From: a virus
Taxonomy: Duplodnaviria > Caudoviricetes
Length of the DNA stretch: 64,000 bases
IMG/VR virus record: IMGVR_UViG_3300032233_002826
Location: 54,532-118,531 of that record
Strand: one strand, 5' to 3'
Under the pieces are notes generated by a model. The model worked only from the letters and a program-made list of their open reading frames with translations, searched no databases and was not told the DNA's origin. Both the position numbers and the translations under genes were made by a program. This document shows positions 10,113-18,537 of this stretch, piece after piece. The stretch's first letter is position 1, and every line of letters begins with the position of its first letter.

Positions 10113-11054
10113 CTAGGCGCTCATGCTCAAAGCCAGTTCAAGAGCCTTGCGATTATCGGCGGCGCCAGTTCCAAACCACAGGCTATTCATCCTGTTGTCG
10201 GAGTTGCGTCCGCGAGTGTAGTTCAAGTATTCGTTGAACCCGTTGTACGCAGACCACCAAGTTCCCTTGACTCCCGGCAGGGATTGCCGTGGCCCCTCAA
10301 TCGTGGCAAGAACTTCTTCGATGATGTTCTTGGTACGAGTAGGCATATCGGCATCACTGACGTTCTCAACGTCGAGAAGAATCTTGACGTATCGACGCAC
10401 ATCGGCCTGATTGAAATCCTTGCTAGCAAGGTAGCGATACTGATCGGCAGTAGCCTCAAAATCAGCATTTGCCGCGTTCATAATGTCCCGTACCTTTTCA
10501 AGATTGCTGGCAATCTTTCGGGTGTGACGAACCCGAAGAAACTTGCTGGCAGTAGAACAGTGGGCAGCGGCCAACGTATTGGCACATACAACCCGAATCG
10601 GCGTGAAGCCCGGTCGAACGGCAGTAGTTCCATCGTGCGAGTTGCTGAGAAGAATGAACTTCCTCACATCGTCCCCCGGAACAATCACGCTAGGGTCGCG
10701 ATTCAACTCTGCCAAAACCCATATCTTCCTGCCCTCATCAAGAGAACCGGCAGTATGAAGTCGAGCCTCACCACTATCCACAAACGGCTGGAACCAGTCC
10801 AGTGCATCGGCATTCTGGAGCGGTTGGTATCGCGGGCCAACAACGCCAAGAATGCTGCCGTCACTTTCACGAACCGTGGCACGATGACCAACTCTCACAC
10901 CGTCCGCCGTGAACAAGTCGCGGAGCGCCACAGTCCAATCAAGTCCTGCCGCCACGATTGCTTCACGAATCGTAGGAGACTCATTCAATGCCACGCCAAG
11001 GCCATGCCAAGGAGTCTCGCCAACGTAGAACATCTTTTCGACCATATGGGCCAT
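10113..11054 (-). CDS. DUF932-family protein, copy 2
   Basis: Close paralog of 5528..6469 with the same motifs. Confidence 0.85.
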   Translation of the reverse strand: MAHMVEKMFYVGETPWHGLGVALNESPTIREAIVAAGLDWTVALRDLFTADGVRVGHRATVRESDGSILGVVGPRYQPLQNADALDWFQPFVDSGEARLHTAGSLDEGRKIWVLAELNRDPSVIVPGDDVRKFILLSNSHDGTTAVRPGFTPIRVVCANTLAAAHCSTASKFLRVRHTRKIASNLEKVRDIMNAANADFEATADQYRYLASKDFNQADVRRYVKILLDVENVSDADMPTRTKNIIEEVLATIEGPRQSLPGVKGTWWSAYNGFNEYLNYTRGRNSDNRMNSLWFGTGAADNRKALELALSMSA

Positions 11055-11239
11055 GATGAAAAACTCCAAGAGAAAAACACAAGCCACAGTGGCTTGCCTT
11101 AGTCATTACATTCTACATCGACTTTTGTTTTCCAACTTTTTCGGCTCAAACCTTAGGATAAATGCTAACTCAAAGGGAGTAATAAAAACTCCTCCCGCCT
11201 TGAACGGGAGGAGTCTCTACGATTCGATTCCTGCTATCA

Positions 11240-11452
11240 CTAACTGCGGAAGTTTCGACCATTTTCCATGATATGGGCAACCGCTGCCCACGACCATTGA
11301 AAGGCCATACCATTTTCAATGTCGAGACAGGCCACCGTGGCATGACGCTCCTTCCAGCCGATGATCTTCGCGGGCATATCATCAAGCGTACACAAGTTGT
11401 CATCCCGCCACTTTGCCGCTGGACTGTCGTATCCATTTTCAAAACTGTTCAT
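11240..11452 (-). CDS. Hypothetical protein
   Basis: AGGAG RBS before MNSFENG. Confidence 0.6.
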   Translation of the reverse strand: MNSFENGYDSPAAKWRDDNLCTLDDMPAKIIGWKERHATVACLDIENGMAFQWSWAAVAHIMENGRNFRS

Positions 11453-11472
11453 CGCATTTCTCCTTGAAAAGA

Positions 11473-12203
11473 AGCCCCCTCCCGCATTTCGACGGGAGGG
11501 GGCTAGTTGAAGAAAACCTATCACTAAAACTTCGGGAAGTCGCTGTCGATGCTTTCCAACTCCATCACTTTCGCCTTATCCTCATCCACGATGATGAACT
11601 GGTGATTGCGAACATTCGCGAACGTGAGTCCAATCGCCGGGGCGATGTTCTCCAGTTCCTCTGCCGCAACCCGACCATACTGATCGTCATAGTTGACAAC
11701 CACAATCCCGTCCCGCTTCAGGCGGCGAAGCACTTTCTTCGTTAGCCGATGGATGTTATACGGCACTTCATAGCCGCAGTAATCCACCATAACGCCGGGA
11801 ACTCCTTCATTGGCGAGTTCGCAGCAACGCTCGAACGTCATCATTTCTTTCTCCTATGAAGTAACATCGAACACATCAACATAACATTCTACATGGGATT
11901 TTATTTTTCTAATCCCGACTCTATTCCTTTTGCAGATAATACTCTGGCATAATAGAACCAGTTTTAGGACACACTACTAGTTTTGGCATTTGAATACCAA
12001 ACGGCTCATGCATCACTTCGTTTGCCGCCTCATGCCACCCTATATGACATTCAGCAAAGTTTGGCAAAGAATACTTCTGTAGAAAATCCCCAAACTCAAA
12101 ATACGTTTCATCCTGCCAGTAGGCGAAGATAGCCTTTCATTTGATCGTCGTTCATCATGATTCTCCTTGAAAAGCCCCCTCCCGCATTTCGACGGGAGGG
12201 GGC
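11473..12203 (-). terminator. Repeated hairpin ccccctcccgcatttcgacgggaggggg at about 11474 and 12175
   Basis: Identical stem-loop, each followed on the minus strand by T-tract, AGGAG and a start codon. Confidence 0.6.
11524..11844 (-). CDS. Hypothetical protein
   Basis: ORF after motif A with AGGAG RBS. Confidence 0.7.
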   Translation of the reverse strand: MMTFERCCELANEGVPGVMVDYCGYEVPYNIHRLTKKVLRRLKRDGIVVVNYDDQYGRVAAEELENIAPAIGLTFANVRNHQFIIVDEDKAKVMELESIDSDFPKF

Positions 12204-12227
12204 AGTTTAGTTGGATTCTATCATCTA

Positions 12228-12449
12228 CTATCGCAGATACTCCGCCGTCACGCTGTCAATGAACGCCTGCATTTCGTCGTCGATTGGACCGTCCATGAGT
12301 TGCAAGTCCCGCGTTGCGGCATCCTTGAAGTCCTGTCCGTCCGCGTAACACACCACCGTGGTGTGATCACCAAACAGGTGAACAACCACACCCTCATGGC
12401 CGTGAAGCCCTCGCCAGCGGACCACATCGCCCTTCTGAATCTTGTCCAT
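12228..12449 (-). CDS. Hypothetical protein
   Basis: ORF after motif A with GGAG RBS. Confidence 0.65.
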   Translation of the reverse strand: MDKIQKGDVVRWRGLHGHEGVVVHLFGDHTTVVCYADGQDFKDAATRDLQLMDGPIDDEMQAFIDSVTAEYLR

Positions 12450-12656
12450 GACAACTCCGAGTGAGTGAAAGAAACGGCAACCGAACCGAACCCTATAACA
12501 TTCTACATGGGATTTTATTTTTCTAATCCCCCGAGCCTTGTTGGATAAATACTAACTATTTTATTTTATTTTTATGATATTTTTATTTTATGATATTTTA
12601 TTATTATTTTACCCTTCCGGCCCTATTGCCGGAAGGGTATTATATTTTGTGCAAAC

Positions 12657-12935
12657 TTAGTTTTCCATGTCAATCAACATATTTTCTGGAAGCGAGTCCA
12701 AACGAAGAAATACTTCTTCGATTTCTTTTGGACTTGCTTCATCATCCATTTGAGTTGAGTTCTCTCTGTCTATGGTTTTTTCTAATGCTTCGATAATGAC
12801 ATCTTTTGTCACCATGCTCCTATTGTTATCACCCCAACTGCAATCTGGGCTGCTATTGAGAAAAACTTCCCACATTTGAGGACAGTCCCGAAAAATATCA
12901 CTTGCCTCAACAAACTCTATGGTTTTGATTTTCAT
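12657..12935 (-). CDS. Hypothetical protein
   Basis: 92-aa ORF in minus-strand run. Confidence 0.6.
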   Translation of the reverse strand: MKIKTIEFVEASDIFRDCPQMWEVFLNSSPDCSWGDNNRSMVTKDVIIEALEKTIDRENSTQMDDEASPKEIEEVFLRLDSLPENMLIDMEN

Positions 12936-13437
12936 TTTAGTTTCTACTGTAGTGTCGGCTTTTTAAGAGCGATTCTTGAAATATTCGCGGGTTCTTTTCA
13001 TATCCCTACGATTCTCGAAAAAAGTGACGATTTCGACATACACCATATAACCCAAAATCGCTAAAAATATCAGTCCGAACATTTGTTTATTTCACTCCAC
13101 CGAAAATCCAGTTTTTCATTGTGAAAACTTTCCAGCGAGAAATCCAAGACAAAATACAATATTCAGAATCGGTAGAATGAACACAAAAAAGATCAAACCA
13201 GCACGATACATTTTCTTTTCCTTATATCGAGATTCTACTCTACCGAAAAACACTTGTCAAGATAGAAACTGGCATAGTTTCCATTTTCTTTTTTGATCCG
13301 AATCATGGTTCGATTAGGCATGATTGAACCATCACCATATACCACATCGTCATTTGATCCGATTTCGATTTGAACTATTGTACCAGAAAAGATTCGCCCA
13401 TCGTTATAGGTAGCGGTGATTTGTTGTCCGATTTCCA

Positions 13438-13686
13438 TTATTTTCCTCTTCCGATTACAACGCACTGCACGGGCTTCACGCCATTCTCTTCCATTTCGAC
13501 ATAGTAAACATCATGTCTGCCGTTGTACCACGTTTCTTTGCTATCGCCGTTCCAGTTAGAATCTGGAACCAAAGAGCCATTACTCTCCACTTCTGGGTTG
13601 TCATAGCCACCCTCGTAACCGGGGATGACCACCATCATATCGCCCGGATAGTTCTTCAGCCGCTCAATCAGTTCCGAAACAGTCAT
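13438..13686 (-). CDS. Hypothetical phage protein
   Basis: MTVSELIERL..VVIPGYEGGY; motif A and AGGAG upstream. Confidence 0.7.
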   Translation of the reverse strand: MTVSELIERLKNYPGDMMVVIPGYEGGYDNPEVESNGSLVPDSNWNGDSKETWYNGRHDVYYVEMEENGVKPVQCVVIGRGK

Positions 13687-13812
13687 GGCCTTTCTCCTTA
13701 TCCCTATAACATTCTACATAGGATTTTATTTTTTATGGGGCTTGTTGTTGGATAAATGCTAACCTTGTATTTATGGCCCTATCCACTCTTTTGGAGTGGG
13801 TAGGGCTTCCTT

Positions 13813-14379
13813 TCAGTCAGTGATTTCGTAGACCAAACCACCGTCAGTAGTGATTTGCACAATGTTTTCGACACTATAGTTTCGGCAGATAATCGGTTCA
13901 TCAACTTGCTGCCGCGCCCCTTCTTCCTTTTCCGACATAAACCGGTGAACAACCGCAGAGTCCAAGGTGTTGTCATTGGCGTCACGATACTCATAGCCAA
14001 CGCTGTGTCGGATATGGGTTCGGACGTACAACTTATCCTTATGGGTGATGATAGGAGTCCGCTTACCGTCCTCCCGCACAACCCATTCACCCCAAGGCAA
14101 CTTTTCCGAATAGAAAAGTTCTACTTCGCCATTTTCATCGACTGGCTTGTTTTCCTTTTCCCGACGACGACGCACGGCCTTTTCGTAATCTTCGTTACAT
14201 CCGACGTTCACTACGGCAATCTTGGAAACCTCACCAAGATTGTTGGGAACAACAGTGCCATCATCCTCGACGTGCTTCTTACGCAAAACTGGCTTGGTTC
14301 GTGTCGTGAGCGTCGTGAAGAAGGCTCCACGCTTCGACTTCATACGATCAACAAGTTCGGTACGAGTCATGGTCAGCAT
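13813..14379 (-). CDS. Hypothetical phage protein
   Basis: 188 aa after two tandem motif A copies (14403, 14458). Confidence 0.75.
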   Translation of the reverse strand: MLTMTRTELVDRMKSKRGAFFTTLTTRTKPVLRKKHVEDDGTVVPNNLGEVSKIAVVNVGCNEDYEKAVRRRREKENKPVDENGEVELFYSEKLPWGEWVVREDGKRTPIITHKDKLYVRTHIRHSVGYEYRDANDNTLDSAVVHRFMSEKEEGARQQVDEPIICRNYSVENIVQITTDGGLVYEITD

Positions 14380-14606
14380 ATTAGTCCCTTTCTATCCTAG
14401 TAACATTCTACACGGGATTTTATTTTTTAGGCCGCATCATCGGCCCACATTTCTATAACATTCTACATGGGATTTTATTTTTTATGGGGTCGTGTTGCTG
14501 GATAAATGCTAACCTTATTTTAAAAATAATCCTTATTTTATTTTATCATTTTATTATTATTTTTAGTTTGCTATAGGGTTTTTGTTATTTAGTATTTTAT
14601 TTTGTG

Positions 14607-14903
14607 CTAAAGAGTTTGGCTTTTTTTCCAACTCTCCATAAAACTTTGAATATTTTTTGATCCAATGGGATTAGCAGAATGAATAAAATACTTAGGAGGC
14701 TCGTACCCTTTCTCAAAAGCGATTTCAAATAGTTGTTTGAGAAAGACCATGCTTGTATCGTCGCCTCCTAAATCATGGTCAAAACTGATTATATCGGGCA
14801 TACCGTTGGCATTTACCCAATCTATTGCTTCTTTTGATGATCTAACTACGATCCAATCATTAGAAGGTGGAGTCCTAATATCATCTATAAACACTTTGTT
14901 CAT
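14607..14903 (-). CDS. Cyclic-phosphate-processing receiver-like domain protein
   Basis: FIDDIRTPP, ISFDHDLG and IHSANPIG motifs. Confidence 0.65.
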   Translation of the reverse strand: MNKVFIDDIRTPPSNDWIVVRSSKEAIDWVNANGMPDIISFDHDLGGDDTSMVFLKQLFEIAFEKGYEPPKYFIHSANPIGSKNIQSFMESWKKSQTL

Positions 14904-15068
14904 TGGTCTGGAGAATCTCTGATTGGTTTTAAAACCTTCATTCAATCATTCATGCAATAATCACTTCTTCAATAAAGTTATTATTATTTCGCTGCACATG
15001 AACGCTAAAATAAATCCAAATAGTGCTTCCAGTAATAACATACTGGCGATATGTAGATTTATTATTTA

Positions 15069-15299
15069 TTATTTTACGCTGCGTCTGAAAAACCTGATTG
15101 CCAACATATCATCGCCAAAATTAATCATGACATTTTGATCTACTTCGTATACGCGAGTAGGCTTTCCTTTCCCGCTTTGGTGGAAGATTTTTTCTGCAAC
15201 CTTTGCGCGGCCTGCACTCACAAGGTGGCTCATAAGACCGCTTGCTACAACATAACTAACGTCCAGACGTTCCGCAACCTGCTTTGCTGTAATCTTCAT
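15069..15299 (-). CDS. Small winged-HTH-like protein, paralog of 29611..29922
   Basis: TAKQVAERLDVSYVVA helix-turn-helix; GKGKPTRVYE wing. Confidence 0.65.
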   Translation of the reverse strand: MKITAKQVAERLDVSYVVASGLMSHLVSAGRAKVAEKIFHQSGKGKPTRVYEVDQNVMINFGDDMLAIRFFRRSVK

Positions 15300-15923
15300 A
15301 AAACTCTTTCTTTATAGTGGGCTATCGACACATTATTGTAACATTCTACACGGGATTTTATTTGCGTCAATCGTCGATTTCTACCAGAAAACCATCCTCA
15401 CCCTCTTTCAGATTGGTATAGATAACAATCTGTCCATATTCATCTGTTGCTATCTCAACCCACGATGGCAGAAAGTTCTGCATACTAACCCGTAAATCTT
15501 CTAGTGTCATATTGTCCATACAATCGCCTTTCAGTGTGATGGAAACAGCCCTTACGCAGAGATCATATTCAACTATAATATTTGATGGACGCTTGGCTGA
15601 TGGCGGAGCGAGTCTTTTGACGCTTGGGACGACTATCGTGCTGGCCGCTGCCAGAGCGGTGCGCAGAGTGGCCTTTGCCCAACTTCCAAATCGGCCGCAC
15701 ATTGAGTTTGATTTTCATTTTAATCACATTACATAATAAACGGCGTAACCATTTGTTACCATAGAGATTGCCTCGCTCTCTGGTAATCTCACAATAGAAC
15801 CGCGAGAAATGTTCTCAAAGTCCCGAATGAACTGAACGCGGTATCTCATTGGTTGATCCTCTACTACCTAACATTCTACATGGGATTTTATTTTAGATAT
15901 ACCGGCTGTAAATGGATCGACTT

Positions 15924-16001
15924 AGTGGGCGACGGGATTTGAACCCGCAACTCCTCTTGTATTTAAACAAGTGGAACTCTAACCGATTGAGTTACGCCCA
16001 C
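15924..16001 (-). tRNA. tRNA-like RNA with enlarged anticodon arm, identity undetermined
   Basis: Normal acceptor, D and T arms; anticodon arm CCACTTGT-TTAAAT-ACAAGAGG is 22 nt instead of 17. Confidence 0.7.
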
Positions 16002-16022
16002 CGATAGTTTTACGATAAGTGT

Positions 16023-16130
16023 CCGGTATCACGCACCTACCAACCCGATACCTTTCGGGTATCTAGGTTTCTATCCGACCCCTGTTTGTAATCAGCGAAT
16101 CTTTTACGCCCCGATTCTTACCCGCACCAG
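16023..16130 (-). ncRNA. Candidate structured RNA
   Basis: Closing stem CTGGTG/TACCGG, GAATC/GATTC stem and GATACC hairpin with GAAA loop. Confidence 0.4.
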
Positions 16131-16132
16131 TA

Positions 16133-16221
16133 TGGAGCGACCATACCGATTTGGAACCGACCACGCCCGCTTCCGTCAAGTTGCGAACTTGCTCAGGCGA
16201 GAGGCATCGGCTACTGATTGT
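16133..16221 (-). pseudogene. Degenerate tRNA-like element ending in CCA
   Basis: CAAG-TTCGCAA-CTTG anticodon-like hairpin, weak T-arm, mismatched acceptor stem. Confidence 0.4.
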
Positions 16222-16223
16222 AT

Positions 16224-16360
16224 TGGAGCGTGTGTCGGGGATCCAACCCGACAGAGAGCAGCATAAGCCTTACCATAGCCTAGTTCGGCAACCCCATACA
16301 CCCCTTAGATGCAGACGCTGTTTGCTGGGCTATCTCTACGGTATCAGCAGATACACACGC
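16224..16360 (-). ncRNA. 137-nt tRNA-like RNA with encoded CCA
   Basis: Perfect acceptor GCGTGTG/CACACGC-T-CCA, T-arm TCGGG-TTGGATC-CCCGA, very long central arm. Confidence 0.65.
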
Positions 16361-16412
16361 AAGTTTGTTTTACAGTTCTATAAGAGCCTATTCTGTTTTT
16401 TTATAAGCCAAA

Positions 16413-16642
16413 TACGGTTGGTTATTCCGCTACCTTTACGTCCACCATGCTCTGGCAAGACATGGCTAAGGACGAGTTTGTACGGGCGGGTGGGTTCGCT
16501 TTGGATTGTCATTGGGTATCCTACTACCCTCGATCTGGAGCTTGACCACCTACTTCACTGCCCGGCTTTCCATCGTAGGAGACAGTCAGCCATTGAGGAG
16601 CCGCTCACTGCGGCCTAGCAGCCCGTTTTGTTTCGACAATCC
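16413..16642 (-). ncRNA. Unassigned structured ncRNA, copy 1 (core 16482-16642)
   Basis: Begins right after motif A at 16647; helices covary with copy 2. Confidence 0.75.
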
Positions 16643-17129
16643 TATGACATTCTACATAGGATTTTATTTTTTGTCTAGGGAAGGACTCTGCCTTTCAGCG
16701 GAGTCCTTCCCTGTTGCCGCCACAAATCACGCCTAATCTAGTCCCTCAGCATGGACCCACGGATGTTTGTGTGGGAGTCACATCTTTATTATCCCACATC
16801 CCCTCTAAAATATAAATGCAATGCACAAGTTTATTTCACCTTGCGAGGGTTTCGCCGCCAGCGTCCCGGCGGGTTATTGTTAGGGACGGATGGATTCGTT
16901 TTAGGTTGTCAACAGTGTGCTATCACCTCGACCCACCACTTGACCATCTACTTCACTGCCCGCCTCCCCATCATAGCAGACGGTTTGGCATTGAGGAGTT
17001 GCTCATGCAACCTAGCAGTCCCTTTGTTTCGACAATCCTATGACATTCTACATAGGATTTTATTTTTTGTCTAGGGAAGGACTCTGCCTTTCAGCGGAGT
17101 CCTTCCCTGTTGCCGCCACAAATCACGCC
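16627..17129. repeat. Identical 107-bp direct repeat at 16627-16733 and 17023-17129
   Basis: Contains terminator-like hairpin, motif A and the 5' end of the ncRNA. Confidence 0.92.
16741..17038 (-). ncRNA. Unassigned structured ncRNA, copy 2 (core 16882-17038)
   Basis: Begins right after motif A at 17043; helices covary with copy 1. Confidence 0.75.
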
Positions 17130-17326
17130 GCTTCACGATCTTCACGATCCAAACCGCATTCTTCAAACAACTCCAACTCCATCTCTGCCTGCACTTCGGC
17201 TTCAATAGCAGCCATTTCTTCGCTCAAATCATCTTCGCCATAGACCATCCTCATGTTGTTGTCATCATCATGACGGGATTCGATTGCCCAAAGAAACTGC
17301 TGAAGTTCATCATCAAACTTAGACAT
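17123..17326 (-). CDS. Small acidic hypothetical protein
   Basis: GGGAG RBS before MSKFDDE; terminator follows. Confidence 0.65.
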   Translation of the reverse strand: MSKFDDELQQFLWAIESRHDDDNNMRMVYGEDDLSEEMAAIEAEVQAEMELELFEECGLDREDREAA

Positions 17327-17567
17327 TTTAAGTCTCCCATGATTAGGACAACCAGTGTTGCCCATGCTTCTATAACATTCTACATGGGATTTTATTTTTC
17401 TGCCCTGTCGATTTTTTTGGCTATTGGATAAAGGCTAACTCTGACTAGAGTTCCAAGTTATTGGATAAAGGCTAACTGGCTATTTATTTTTATTTTATTA
17501 GAAAATATGTAGAAAAAGAAGGTTTATTAATTGGTAATGGCTCCTAATTAATATTTGTGCAGATTGA

Positions 17568-17849
17568 CTACACTTCTGAAAACCCAACCATTTCCACCCT
17601 ATATTTTTTATTATCAAATTCGATTACATCACCAACACTAACGCTGGGATGCTGTCTGGGCTGAAAATCATTCTGACCATAACGAAAAATAATTTGAAGG
17701 CACTCATCAAGAGAAACTCTCTTGTCGTGATAATCCTCCATGATGAACCTGTTCTCAGGAACATCAACAATTCTAATCTCGCCGGGATTCCCAAAAGCGA
17801 GCATTTGAACTTTGAAACAAGTGTATCTATGTTCTGGAAGTGTCATCAT
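17568..17849 (-). CDS. Hypothetical protein
   Basis: AGGAG RBS; PSVSVGDVI motif near C-terminus. Confidence 0.65.
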   Translation of the reverse strand: MMTLPEHRYTCFKVQMLAFGNPGEIRIVDVPENRFIMEDYHDKRVSLDECLQIIFRYGQNDFQPRQHPSVSVGDVIEFDNKKYRVEMVGFSEV

Positions 17850-18208
17850 TTTTTGTCTCCTGTATTCCTAACTTCTCAGAAATGCTGAAAATGCTCGCAT
17901 CTTCTCAAAATGAACCTTCAATGACTGAAACCTCATGTTGAGTTCAACAAATCCTTTGATGTCTGTAGGGTCTACCTGAAATACATCCATAGCAAACCTA
18001 ACTTCTGCAATATCTCGCAGCAAATTATCCTTGAAAATTGACTCGCATGTTTCCAAAGTACGGACACAGAGTCCAGACGAAGTTTGACCCTCTTTTTTTT
18101 CGTTCATGGCTATGATCCTATCCATGTTGCTAATGAGTTCGTTGAATTCCACTTTTTTCTTCTAATCCTATAACATTCTATATGGGATTTTATTCTGGTT
18201 CGACCAGC

Positions 18209-18508
18209 TTAGACAAGCCAAAGCCACTGCTCCTGGTCAAAGCCAGTGGCTCTCTTTAGTTGGCCTCCAAGACTTGGTGATGTAACCATGAGCCAATCTA
18301 CAAAGTCTTCTCCGTCATCTCTCGACCACAGTTCGCATAGTGCGGCGTATCCATCTCTTACTCTGCTATCCACGACTTCGTTCGCGGCATCCATCGTAGC
18401 CAAGTCTCCACACTCCATCGCACCGTCGAGATGCTTCAGAAGAAGGCCAGCAACCTTTTTGCCTCCAAGTCGCGGCCTTTTATTGTTGAGCATTGTAGCG
18501 TTCATCAT
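18209..18508 (-). CDS. Hypothetical protein
   Basis: Real start probably MMNATML after motif A at 18521. Confidence 0.55.
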   Translation of the reverse strand: MMNATMLNNKRPRLGGKKVAGLLLKHLDGAMECGDLATMDAANEVVDSRVRDGYAALCELWSRDDGEDFVDWLMVTSPSLGGQLKRATGFDQEQWLWLV

Positions 18509-18537
18509 CTCTCCATCATGACATTCTATATAGAATT

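Noticed and set aside
16224-16360. tmRNA
   Set aside because: Far too short, no G3:U70 alanine acceptor and no tag reading frame.
16482-17038. Hammerhead, group I/II intron, RNase P or 6S identity for the duplicated RNA
   Set aside because: No CUGAUGA core, intron signature sequences, GAGGAAAGUC motif or long rod fold seen by eye; a formal Rfam search is still needed.
16151-17243. Plus-strand ORFs over the RNA locus
   Set aside because: Frames are not preserved between the duplicated copies, and substitutions follow base pairing rather than codons.
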